Below are positions 38,095-50,143 of a stretch of DNA of 64,000 bases, in pieces. This DNA comes from Pristiophorus japonicus (Eukaryota). The stretch is from positions 124,001 through 188,000 of the forward strand of contig NW_027254382.1 in assembly GCF_044704955.1 (NCBI RefSeq), given 5' to 3'. The notes below the pieces were generated by a model, which ran no database searches, was not told the origin of the DNA, and saw nothing but the letters and a program-made list of their open reading frames with translations. A program made the position numbers and the translations under genes. Position 1 is the first letter of the stretch; every line of letters starts with the position of its first letter.

Positions 38095-39800
38095 TTGACA
38101 TGTAAGGGGCTCTAGATTTATTAGTCCCACCCTTTATCTTAAGGGAACATACTAGCTCTGAATCCTCGCTATCTCCTCCTTGAATGTCTCCTACTGCTCT
38201 GACACTAATTTACCTTCAAGTAGCTGTTTCCAGTCCACTTTGGTTAAATCACATCTCTGCTTAGTAAAATTAGCTTTATGCCAATTGAGAACTTTTATTT
38301 CTGGTCCATCTTTGTCCTTTTCCATAACGACCCTGAATCTAACTGAATTGTGATCACCAGCACCAAAATTCTCTCCCACTGACACCCCTTCCACCTGCCC
38401 AAGCTTCATTCATTAAACCCAAGTCCAAAACCACCCCCTCTCTTGTTGGGCTTGCTACGTAATGGCTAAAAATGTTCTCCTGAATGCATTTTATGAATTC
38501 TGCTCCTTCTATATCATTCATACTAATTCTATCACAGTTAATATTTGGGTAGTTGAAATCCCCGACTATTACTGCCCTATTATTTTTGCACGTATCAGAA
38601 ATGTGCCGACATATTTGCTCTTTTGTCTCCCTCTGACTGTTTGGGGGTCTATAGTACATCCCCAGCAGTGTGATCGCCCCTTTTTTGTTCTTCACTTCTC
38701 CCATGTGGCCTCATTTGATGATCCTTCAAACATATCATCCCTCCCCACAGCTGGAATTGTTTCTTTAATCAACACTGCGATGTGCCCGCCTTTTTTTTTA
38801 TCCCGTCTCTATCTTGTCTTAAAACCCTGTGACCAGGAATGTTGAGCTGCCATTCCTGCAGTTCTTTTAGCCGTGTTTCACGAATAGTTACAATATCATA
38901 CCCCCATATGTCTGCCTGTGCCCTCAGCTTATCTGCCTCAATCCCCAGACTCCTTGCACTGGCATTGAAGTATTTCTAGATTGATTCCTGTGATGAGAGG
39001 ACTGTCTTATGATGAGAGTTTGTGTAGAATGGGCCTATACTCTTCCGGAGTTTAGACGAATGAAAGGTGATCTCATTGAAACACACTGGCACTGGCATTT
39101 AGCCCTGCAAAACTCCCTTATTGTCTATTTTCTAGCCTTTGTTTCCTCTGCCTTCCAAAAATTAGCAAAAGCCCCAGTGAGGATATTGTCCGGTCCTGTT
39201 GAGGTGCAACCTGTCCGGCTTGTACTGGTCCCACCTCCCCCAGAAACGCTCTCAATGCCTCAGGATTCTAAAGCCCTCCCTCCTGCACCAAACTCCAGCC
39301 ATACATTCATCTGCTCCATCCTCTTATTTCTGTACTCACCAGCACGTGGCACCGGGAGTAATCCGGACATTATTACCTTTGAGGTCCTGTTTTTTAATCT
39401 CTTTCCTAGCTCCCTAAAATCTGCCTGCAGGATCTCATCCCTCTTTCTACCGATGTCATTGGTCCCGATATGGACCACAACCTCTGGATGTTCATCCTCC
39501 CCCCTCAACAATGTCCTGCAGCTGCTCAGTGACATCCTTGACCCTGGCACCAGGGAGGCAACATACCATCCTGGAATCATGTCTGTGCCTGCAGAAGCGC
39601 TTTTTTGTTCCCCTAACTATCAAATGCACCAGCACTAATGCTCTTCCACTCTTCTTCCTCCCCGCCCTGTGCAGCTGAGCCACCCACGGTGTCGTGGACA
39701 TGTTTCTGGCTGTACTCCCCAGATAAATCATCGCCCTCATCAGTATCCAGAACTGGAAACCGGTTAGCGAGTGAGATGCACTCAGGGGACTCCTGTCCTA
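38095..39800 (-). mobile_element. CR1 5' portion (ORF1 SGNH esterase and ORF2 endonuclease)
   Basis: VVVHIGTNDIG esterase motif; YYRPPNS, IVGDFNYP and DHNSVRF EN motifs. Confidence 0.9.
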
Positions 39801-40254
39801 CTCTTGCCCCATAACGCTGAAAATTTTTTCAAGTCATGTTTATCTCTTTCGAAAGTTACAAGTGAATCTGCTTCCACCACCCGAACAAGCAGTGCGTTCC
39901 AGGCCAGAACATCTCGCTGCTTCATTAGTCCCCTCATGTAGCATCTGGTTCATTTACCAATCACATTCAATCTGTGCCTCTGGTTACTGAACTTTCTGAC
40001 ACTGAAAATTGTTTCTCCTTATTAAGAGGATTGGCGGGCTGGAGGAGGTTACAGAGATAGGGAGGGGCGAGGCCTTGGAGGGATTTGAACAAGAGGATGA
40101 GAATTTTAAAGCCTGAAGCCACCACCCGACTCCCCCAGTGCAGAATGTGACTCACTGCTGAGCATCCCTGATTATAATCGCTCAACTATTGGTGGCTTTG
40201 TCTTCTGTTGCCGAGGCCCCAAGCTCTGGAACACTCTCACGAAACCTCTGTACC

Positions 40255-40390
40255 TCCTCCCTGAAAGTACTGACTCTGGCTTTGTTCAGTTCGACCCTCA
40301 CTGGTTTCCCTCCCCTGAAAGCACTGACTCTGGCTGGGTTCAGTTCTGCACTCACTGATTCCCCTCCCCTGAAGGTACTGACTCTGGGTG
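40255..40390 (-). repeat. About 2.5 copies of the 54-bp minisatellite, inverted relative to 50144-51960
   Basis: Translates RVSTFRGGESVSAELNPA on the minus strand, the same unit. Confidence 0.85.
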
Positions 40391-40849
40391 TCTGTGCTCT
40401 CGTCACCTCTTTATACACTCTGACCCTCCCTATATATCTGTAATATCTCCCTGTTTTGGTGATGGGCTCTCCCTGACCACTCGCTCCCTGACTCTCACCA
40501 TTTCAGGGAATCACACAGCACAGAATGAGACCATTCGGCCCATCGAGCCTGTCCAATTCACTGAAAGACCCACTCTCTGCACCTGCCCCAAAACACCAGA
40601 AAATGTTCCCTTTGAACATTGCTGGTTTTGAAAGTTATTATTGATGTCCCAGAATTGAGGCCAACCCTCAATATCTGAGTCGAACTCGTGAGTGATAAAG
40701 GTTGACCATAACTTGCTTGTTGTACTCTATACTGCTATTAATGCTGGAACAGATTGATCAGCGGACCCTGCCCTTCACAGCTTTGTGTTCACCTGCAAAT
40801 TGCACCATTTGCTTTAGAATATCTCCCATTTTTCCTCTTTCCCAAATCC

Positions 40850-41490
40850 CAGCTGGCGGCCGGTGACCCCGCTGACCCCGGGCCTGTCACCGCGGGTCAA
40901 GCCCGGGGTCAGCCTCTGGGCTGTGATTGGCCCTGGGCCCGACACCAGGTGTTTATGACGCTCACCAGCTCCACACACGGCTCCACTTCCAGCCCCGCGC
41001 CGACAACCGACATCATCCGGGCTCCACCAACTGTCGCCGCCGCCGTCCGCACATGCTCAGTGCGGGAGATCCGGGCTCAGCCCTGCCTCTCGCACACTCC
41101 GATTGGTTGGAGGACCCTCCGCCCGCTCGGTCCTCCAGCCCCGCCCCGAGCACAGTCTGATTCGTTGGATGACCCATTGCCCACTCGGTCCTCCGGCCCC
41201 GCCCCCGCTCTTCCTATTGGCCCGGAGCTGCCGTCAATCACCCGGGCAGTGTGAGCTGAGCATGCGCGGTAGGGCGGCTGTGTCTGACGCAGCGGCTGAG
41301 AGATGGGCGGAGGGAGGGAGCGGGTTAATAAACGCCAGGGGGCGCGGGCTTCACACACACCGAGTGCGGGGACAGGCCCCGCCTGCCCGAGAGACAACAC
41401 TCCGCATTATCCGCTTCACACACACCCACTGTGGGCCTCAGGACCCGAACAACAACCTGCGGCTCCGGCCTTTCCCCGAGCGGGGCCCCC
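40850..41490. promoter_or_regulatory. CpG island / probable promoter
   Basis: The only extended CpG-dense non-repeat stretch; several ATTGG (CCAAT) boxes, CCCCGCCCC GC boxes and a CATGCGC motif. Confidence 0.7.
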
Positions 41491-41493
41491 GAG

Positions 41494-41808
41494 GAGGTGG
41501 GCTCTGGGCCCGTGCAGGGCCCCTGGGGAGGTGGGCTCTGGGCCCGTGCGGGGCCCCCGGGAAGGTGGGCTCTGGGCCCGTGCGGGGCCCCTGGGGAGGT
41601 GGGCTCTGGGCCCGTGCGGGGCCCCCGGGGAGGTGGGCTCTGGGCCCATGCGGGGCCCCCGGGGAGGTAGGCACTGGGCCCGTGCGGGGCCTCCGGGGAG
41701 GTGGGCTCTGGGCCCGTGCAGGGAGGTGGGCTCTGGGCCCGTGCGGGGTTCCCGGGGAGGTGGGCTCTGGGCCCGTGCGGGGCTCCCGGGGAGCTGGGCT
41801 CTAGGGGA
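41494..41808 (+). repeat. GC-rich 34-bp minisatellite (about 9 copies)
   Basis: Unit GAGGTGGGCTCTGGGCCCGTGCGGGGCCCCCGGG. Confidence 0.92.
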
Positions 41809-41919
41809 GATTAGATTGTTAAGCACCCCCTGTCCACACAATGGAAAAGTGTTTGAGGAACAAGTATTTCTGGAGAGACTTTTAATCCATTGAACATTTA
41901 CAGATTTTTAAATGTGTTC

Positions 41920-42190
41920 CGGGCTGTGGCCGTCGCTGCCAAGGCCGGCATTTATTGGCCATTCCTAATTACACTGGAGAACGTGGTGGGGAGTCACCTA
42001 CTTGAACCGCTGCAGTCCGTGTGGTGAAGGTGCTCCCACAGTGCTGTTAGGGAGCCAGTTCCAGGATTTTGACCCAGTGACGATGAAGGAACGGCGGTAT
42101 ATGACCAATCCGGATGGTGTGTGACTTGGAGGGGAACTTGCAGATGATGGTGTTCCCATTCACCTGCTGCCCTTTTCCTTCTGGGTGGTA
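41920..42190 (-). mobile_element. Non-LTR retrotransposon 3' fragment
   Basis: Reverse complement resembles a LINE RT C-terminus (GSKSWN.LP..TV); family not resolved. Confidence 0.5.
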
Positions 42191-42524
42191 AAAGCCGTGG
42201 GACAGGTTGGGTGGCAGGTTCCCTTCCATCAGAACATAAGGATTAGGAGTAGGAGTCAGCCATATGGTCCTTCGAGCCTTCTGCACCAGTCAATACGACC
42301 ATGGCTGATCTTCGATCTCAACTTGACTCTCCCGCCCGATCCCCATATCGCTGGAGGACATTAGTGTGCCAGTTGGGATTTTAGTGACAATCCGGCAGCT
42401 TTCATGGTGACTGTTTTTCTAGAGCCCGCACCACAAATTCCCCGATTTATTAAGCTCAATTTTACAATCAGCCTGTGTGTTTTTCTGGGTTCTCTCTCAC
42501 TCCCTTTTATCTGTTTTATATTCA

Positions 42525-43515
42525 ATGTATTTGAAGGGGAGGACTTGTACACGGGAGATTTAACTCCAATGTCACATCAAGATCGATCAGTCTATTCATC
42601 GGGACCTGAATATCATCAAACATAACATGGAAGCAAAAAGCAGAGTTGACAGCGGGGAGAAACCGTACACGTGTTGTGTGTGTAGACGAGGATTCAGCTG
42701 ATCCTGTGGCCTGGCGAAACACAAACGCAGCCACACTGGGGAGATACCATGAAAATGCGGGGCCTGTGGGAAAGGATTCAATTACCCATCTGAGCTGGAA
42801 ACTCATCAACACACCCACACTGGGGTGAGGCTGTTCAGCTGCTCCGTGTGTGGGAAGAGATTCACTCGGTCATGTGAGCTGCTAACACACCAGCGAGCTC
42901 ACACTCGGGAGAGACCTTCACCTTCTCCGTGTGTGGGTCAGGATTCATTTCTTCAACCCACCGACTGAGACACCAACTTGTTCACACCAATGTGAGACCG
43001 TTTAAATGTTCTGCCTGTGAGAAGAGCTTTAATAGCAAAAAGGAACTGCTGACACACCAGCGCACTCACAATGGGATGTGGCCGTTCACCTGCTCCGTGT
43101 GTGGAAACACATTCAACAGTAATTACTGTCGTGTTTGCCAGCACTCGAGTAATGACTCCACGAGGTAAGGTATTGCACTTGCACTGTTGTGACCTTAGTC
43201 CTTTTATTGCAGCTCCTGAATGATGTGACAGTAAGGTGGGCTCCCTTTTATACCTGCGGTGTGCAGGTGACCTATAGGTCTCCACCTGTTGCACCCTCTG
43301 GTGGTACAGGCATATTTTATACAGTGTAAAGGTACATTCATAGATCTTATGTAACTGTACATTGAGTGTACAGGGTGTATACATGCACAACAATTAGCAC
43401 CTTCCGAGACACCAGCGAGATCATACCGGGGAGAGGCCGTTCACTTGCTCCATGTGTGGGAAGGGGTCCACTCGATCATTCAGCCTGCTGAGACACCAGC
43501 GAGTTCACAAGTGAC
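42525..43515 (+). pseudogene. Degenerate C2H2 zinc-finger exon interrupted by a solo LTR
   Basis: FKCSACEKSF..LLTHQRTH fingers; leader and end (CACAAGTGACTGCAGG) homologous to the other two ZNF exons; frameshifts and stops. Confidence 0.85.
43127..43392 (-). mobile_element. Solo LTR, 266 bp
   Basis: Termini TGTCGTG...CACAACA, flanks ATTAC/ATTAG (4/5 TSD), minus-strand TATAAAA followed by AATAAA. Confidence 0.75.
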
Positions 43516-43568
43516 TGCAGGGTTTGGATTCTGCTGTTAGTTACATCCAGAACTGAACCATGTTCATT

Positions 43569-43720
43569 CCACCGCTGGAAGAGACACCGTGCAGCAGATT
43601 TAAAGGGACCGCTCACCAGCTCCCACCGCTGGAAGAGACACCGTGCAGCAGATTTAAAGGGACCACTCACCAGCACCCACCGCTAGAAGAGACACCGTGC
43701 AGCAGATTTAAAGGGACCGC
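43569..43720 (+). repeat. 54-bp tandem repeat (about 2.8 copies), unrelated in sequence to the large minisatellite
   Basis: CCACCGCTGGAAGAGACACCGTGCAGCAGATTTAAAGGGACCGCTCACCAGCTC at 43569, 43623, 43677. Confidence 0.92.
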
Positions 43721-44316
43721 GCACATTGGTGAGAACAAAGTGCTAAATTGGTAAATTTGAAACAGTCCCACTCTTGGGGCCCAAATTTGACCAGTGGAGG
43801 TTTCTGACGAACTCACCAGAGGTGCGACGCTTTTCTATACCGATTAGGGCACCAAAAGTCTTCAGGCCGAGTTTGGCCGCTCCCCAGCCTCGCCTCGATG
43901 GAGGCGCAGCCAGGTCCCGGGGCTGAAAACAGTGCCGGGACCTCTGCACATGCGCGCTAGAGTGTGCACGCATGTGCAGTAGCTCCTCGCCCCCAGAATC
44001 TCTGTGTGTGCTCTGCAGCCCAATGGGCTCCCTCATCGGCGGCCCGCTGAAGGTAGGACTTCTACTTTTTGTGTGTTTATTTATTTATTAATTGATTGTG
44101 GTCCATTTTTCATTTTGCTTTTTGGGTTGCAAGAGATCTCGAGACCCCAGTTTAAGTTGACTGAAGAGATTCTGAGCTTTCTCTGAGTTTTTACTGCACA
44201 TACATGCAAGTTGAGTTGCAGTCAGTAGGAGGTTGAGGGTATATCACCAGGAGCAGATCTGCACAGTGAGAAAGAACCGATTCGCCGACCTTTTTATTTG
44301 TTATTGATTGATTATT

Positions 44317-45899
44317 ACATAGAAACATAGAAAATAGATGCAGGAGTAGGCCATTCGGCCCTTCGAGCCTGCACCACCATTCAATAAGATCATGGCTGAT
44401 CATTCACCTCAGTACCCCTTTCCTCGTTTCTCTCCATAACCTTTGATTCCTTTAGCCGTAAGGGCCATATCTAACTCCCTCTTGAATATATCCAATGAAC
44501 TAGCATCAACAACTCTCTGAGGCAGGGAATTCCACAGCTTAACAACTCTGAATGAAGAAGTTTCTCCTCATCTCAGTCCTAACTGGCTTACCCCTTATCC
44601 TTAAACTATGTCCCCTATTTCTGGACTTCCCCAACATCGGGAACATTCTTCCTGCATCAAACCTGTCCAGACCCGTCAGAATTGTATATATGTTTCGATG
44701 AGATTCCCTCTCATCCTTCTTAACTTCAGTGAATACAGGCCCAGTCGATCCAGTCTCTCCTCATATGTCAGTCCTGCCATCCTGGGAATCAGTCTGGTGA
44801 ACCTCCGCTGCACTCCCTAAATAACAAGAATGTCCTTCCTCAGATTAGGAGATAAAAACTGAACACAATATTCCAGGTGAGACCTCACTAAGGACCTCTA
44901 CAACTTCAGTAAGACCTCCCTGCCCCTCTACTCAAATCCCCTTGCTGTGAAGGCCAACATACCATTTGCCTACTTCACCGCCTGCTGTACCTGCATGCTA
45001 TCTTTCAATGACTGATGTACCATGACACCATCTCGTTGCACTTTCTCTTTTCCTTATCTGCTGCCATTCAGATAATATTCTGCATTTGTGTTTTTGCCAC
45101 TAAAGTGAATAACCTCACATTTATCCACATTATGCTGCATCTGCCATGCGTTTGCCCAATCACCCTACCTGTCTAAGTCACCCTTCAGCCTCTTAGCGTC
45201 CTCCACACAGCTCACACCGCCACCCAGTCTAGTTTCATCTGCAGACTTGGAGATATTACAACAATTCCTCCATCTAAATCATTAATGTATAATGTAAATA
45301 GCTGGGGTCCCAGCACTGAGCTCTTCGGCACCCCACTAGTCACTGCTTGCCTTTCTGAAAAGGACTCGTCTTTCCCGACTCACTGCTTCCTGTCTGCCAA
45401 CCAGTTCTCTATCCACGTCAGTACATTAGCCCCAGTACCATGTGCTTTAATTTTGCACACGAATCTCTTGTGTGGGACCTTGTCAAAAGCCTTTTCAAAG
45501 TCCAAATACACCACATCCACTGGTTCTCCCTTGTCCACTCTACTAGTTACATCCTCATAAAATTCTAGAAGATTTGTCAAGCATGATTTCCCTTTCATAA
45601 ATCCATGTTGATTTGGTCCGATCCTGCCATTGCTCTCTCAACCTTAATGATTGATTCCAACATTTTCCTCACTACTGATGTCAGGCTAACTGGTCTATAA
45701 TTACCCGTTTTCTCTCTCATTTTTTAAAAAGTGGTGCTACATTAGCTACCCTCCAGGCCATAGGAACTGATCCAGAGTCGATAGACTGTTGGAAAATGAT
45801 CACCAATGCATCCACTCTTTCTAGGGCCACTTCCTTAAGTAATCTGGGATGCAGACTATCAGGCCCCGGGGGTTTATTGGCCTTCAATCCCATCAATTA
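44317..45899 (-). mobile_element. CR1 LINE, 5'-truncated
   Basis: ACATAGAAACATAGAAA tail; MKGKSCLTNLLEF..YLDFEKAFDKVPH. Confidence 0.93.
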
Positions 45900-46316
45900 C
45901 TTTGGTCTTGGTGCTTTCGATGCAGGGTTCCTTTTATTTTTTATTTGTTAATTAATTGCTTGTTACTTTTTGTGTTTTGTTTCGTGCTTTGTAAATCTTG
46001 GTGCTTGATGCAGGTTCTCTCAGCTTCCTTGTATTTTTTATTTGTTATTGAATTCTTATTTTTGTGCTTTGTTAAGTGCTTGGTGCTTTCCTGTCTTTCT
46101 GTGTGGCCAGATATGCTGGCCTAAGTTAGTTTGGAGTAACTATTAGCTATTCAAACTAGCTTAATGACATCACTGCAGTGCCCAGCAACCAACCTCCCTG
46201 AGCCCTGCTCATTATGGGCAAGGTTTAGCATTTGATGGGACAGTGCAGAGGGAGCTTTACTCTGTATCTAACCCTTGCTGTACTTGCCCTGGAAGTGTCT
46301 GATGAGGGAGTGGTAA

Positions 46317-49300
46317 ACATAAGAACAAATAGACATAAGGAATAGGAGCAGGAGCAGCCATACTCGAGCCTACTTCACAACGCAACACGATCATGGCTGA
46401 TCCGATCATGGACTCTGGACCACTTCCCTGTCTTCGCCCCATAACCCCTTATTGGTTAAAAACCTGCCTATCTCTGTCTTAAATTTATTCAATGACCCAG
46501 CTTCCACAGCTCTCTGAGGCAGCGAATTCCACAGATTTACTACAACCCTCCAAGACAAGAAACTGCCACCAAAGCAAGTATATCCTTTCGTAAATATGGA
46601 AACCAAAACTGTACACAGTATTCCAGGTGTGCCCTCACCAATACCCTGTATAACTGTAGCAAGACTTCCCTGCTTTTATACTCCATCCCCTTTGCAATAA
46701 AGGCCAAGATTTCATTGGCCTTCCTGATCACTTGCAGAACCTGCATACTAACCTCTGCAATTTTTCTCCATTTAATTAATAACTTGCTCTTTGAATTTTT
46801 CTGCCAAAGCACATGACCTCACACTTTCCAACATTATACTCCATCTACCAAATTTTTGCACACTCATTTAGCCTGTCTATGTCCTTTTGCAGATTTTTTG
46901 TGTCCTCCTCACACATTGATTTTCCTCCTATCTTTGCATCGTCAGCAAATGTGGCTACGTTACCCTCGGCCCTTTCTTCCACATCGTTAATATAGATTGT
47001 AAATAGTAGGGGTCCCAGCACTGATCCCTGCGACACCCCACTAGTTACTGATTGCCAACCCGAGAATGAACCATTTATCCTGACTCTGTTTTCTTTTACT
47101 AATCAATCCTTTATCCATGCTAATATATTACCCCCAACCCCATGATATTTTATCTTATGCAGTAACCTTTTATGTGGCACCTTGTCAAATGCCTTCTGGA
47201 AGTCCAAATATACCACATCCAATGGTTCCCCTTTATCCACCCTGTCTGTTGCATCCTCAAAGAATTCCAACAAATTTGTCAAACATGACTTCCCCTTCAT
47301 AAATCCGTGGTGACTCTGCCTGACACAAAAAGTGCTTTTCCAAATGTCCTGCTACTGCTTCTTTAATAATGGACTCCAACATTTTCCCAACCACCGATGT
47401 TAGGCTAATTGGTCTATAGTTTCCTGTTTTTTGTCTGCCTCCTTTTTTAAATAGAGGTGTTACATTTGCAGGTTTCCAATCTGAATCCAGGGAATTATGT
47501 TAAATTTACAATCAATGCATTCACTATCCCTGCCGTTACTTCTCTGAAGACCCTAGGATGCAAGCCACCAGGTCCAGGGGATTTATCTGCCTTTAGTCCC
47601 ATTACCTTACTGAGTAACACCTTCTTAGTGATTGTGTTAGGTTCCTCCGCCCCCCCTCCCCCCCGTATCGCCCCTTGACTATCCACTGTTGGGATATTGT
47701 TTGTGTCCTCTACCGTAAAGACAGATACAAAATATTTGTAGAGTTTCTGCCATCTCCATGTTCCCCATTACTAATTCCCGGTCTCGTCCTCCAAGGGAGC
47801 AACATTTACTTTAGCCACTCTTTTTCTTTTAAGATACCTATAGAAACTCTTGCTATCTGTTTTTATATTTTGTGCTAGTTTACTTTCATAGTCTAACTTC
47901 CCTTTCTTCATTTTTTTAGTCTTTCTTTGCTGGCTTTTAAAAGATTCCCAATCTTCTGTCCTCCCACTAGTTTTGGCCACTTTGTCTCACCTCGTTTTTA
48001 AATTGGACACCGTCCTTTATTTCGTTAGTTAGCCATGGATGGCTATCTTTTCTTTTACACCCTTTTCTCCTCACTGGAATATATTCCTCTCGAGAGTTGT
48101 GCAATATCTCCTTAAATGTACACCACTGTTCAACAACCGTCCTACACTTTAATCTATTTTCCCAGTCCACTTGAGCCAACTCTGCCCTCATACCTACATA
48201 GTCTCCTTCATTTAAGCTTAGTACGCTGGTTAGAGAGCTAACTTTCTCACCCACCATCTGAATTTGAAATTCAACCATGCTATGATCACTCATTCCAAGG
48301 AGATCCTTTACTTTGGAGATTGTTTTTTAATCCTATCTCATTACACAGGACCAGATCTGAGTTAGCCTGCCCCCTGGTTGGTTCCGTTACATACTGCTGA
48401 ATGAACCCGCCCCTTATGTACTCTATGAACTCCTACTCAAGCCTACCCTGACCAATTTGATATGTCTAATCAATATGGAGGTTAAAATCACTAATGATTA
48501 TTGCTGTTCCCTTTTTACAAGCCCCCACTATTTCCTGGTTTATGCTCCGACCAACACAGTTGCTACTGTTAGGTGGCCTGTAGACTATGTCCACCAGTGA
48601 CTTTTTCCCTTTATTATTCCTTATCTCCACCCAAACTGGTTCAACATCCTGATCATTTGAGCCAATATTGTTTCTTCTTATTGCAGTGATTCCATCCTTT
48701 ATCAATAGAGCTACCCCACCTCCTTTTCCTTTCTGTCTGTCCTTCTGGATTGTGAAATACCCCTGAATATTTCATTCCCAGACCTGGTCACCTTGCAACC
48801 ATGTCTCTGTAATGCCTATCAGATCATACCCATTTGTATCTATTTGTGCCGTCAACTCATCTATTTTGTTATAAATGATACGTGCATTTAGACAAAGTGG
48901 CTTTAAGTTTGTTTTTTTTACACTTTTTTCCTGCTTATTTCCTCTCTCCTTCAAACTCACTTTCTTTAATTTTATTTTGCTTTCTAATTCCAGCTTTACT
49001 CCCCTCCCTACTGAATCTATTTTCAGGTTCCCGTCGCCCTGCCAAGCGAGTTTAAACTCTCTCCAACAGCACTAGCAACCCCCCCGTGAGGATATTGGTC
49101 CCGGCTCTGTTGAGGTGCAATCTGTTCAGCTTGTACCGGTCCCACCTCCCCCAGAAACGGTCCCAATGCCTCCGTAAACTAAAGCCCTCCCGCCTGCACC
49201 ATCTCTCCAGCCACGTATTCATCTGTTCTATCCTCCTATTTCTGTACTCACGAGCTCGTGGCATCGGGAGTCATCCGGAGATTACTAGCTTTGAGAGCCT

Positions 49301-50130
49301 GCTTTTTAATCTCTCTCCTAGCTCCTTAAATGCTGCCTGCAGGACCTCACCCCTCCTTCTACCTGTGTCATTGGTCCCGATGTGGACCACAACCTCCGGC
49401 TGTTCACCCTCTCCCCCCAGAATGCCCTGCAGCCGCTCAGTGACATCCTGGCACCAGGGAGGCAACATACCATCCTGGAGTCACGTCTGCGGCTGCAGAA
49501 ACGCCTGTCTGCTCCCCTGACTATTGAATCCCCTATCACTAGAGCTCTTCCATTCTTCTTCCTCCCCCCCGCACAGCTGAGACACCCAAGGTGCTGTGAA
49601 TGTGGCTCTGGCTCACTCCCAGAGCCACCATCGCCCTCACCAGTACTCAGAACAGAGAACCGGTTGGAGAGCGAGATGGACTCAGGGGACTCCAGCACTA
49701 CCTGTCTGGTCCTCCTCTTCTGTCCAGGGGTCACCCAATCCCCCTCTGCCTGCACATTCTTAAGCTGCGGGGTGACCACCTCTAGAAACGTGAGATCCCC
49801 GTAGCTCTCAGTCTCATGGATGCACCGCAGTGACTCCAGCCGCCGCTCAAGCTCCAAACCGCGGAGCTGGAGTTGGTGCAGCTGGAGACACCTCCTGCAC
49901 ATGTGGTCGTCCCGGCTATGTGAAGCTTCCAGGATTGCTCACATGCCACAGGATGTGTAATCCACGGAACTGAGCTGTCCTGTCATCCCTCCAGTTACAC
50001 TCGCAATTATCAAGTAGAACTAAACTCTAAATCTTAGAGAAATATACCCAGCAACGACTCAGCAATCCGCTGATTTAATTAACCTTTATTTAAAGACTAA
50101 ATACTAACTTAACAGAAAAAAAAAACTTCA
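46317..50130 (-). mobile_element. Near full-length degenerate CR1 (ORF1 zinc-finger/esterase, ORF2 EN and RT, tail)
   Basis: ORF1 CRRC..LVIGDSIVR..VHIGTND; EN LCLNAR..IGITETWL; RT FADDAKIGG; stops and frameshifts. Confidence 0.92.
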
Positions 50131-50143
50131 GGGGAGGAGAGAG

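Noticed and set aside
40754-41893. Long Gly/Pro/Arg-rich ORFs on both strands
   Set aside because: Expected from the CpG island and GC minisatellite, which are depleted of stop codons.
43776-46170. Possible non-autonomous DNA element split by the CR1 at 44317-45899
   Set aside because: The pieces look repetitive but I could not define termini or a TSD, so it was not annotated.
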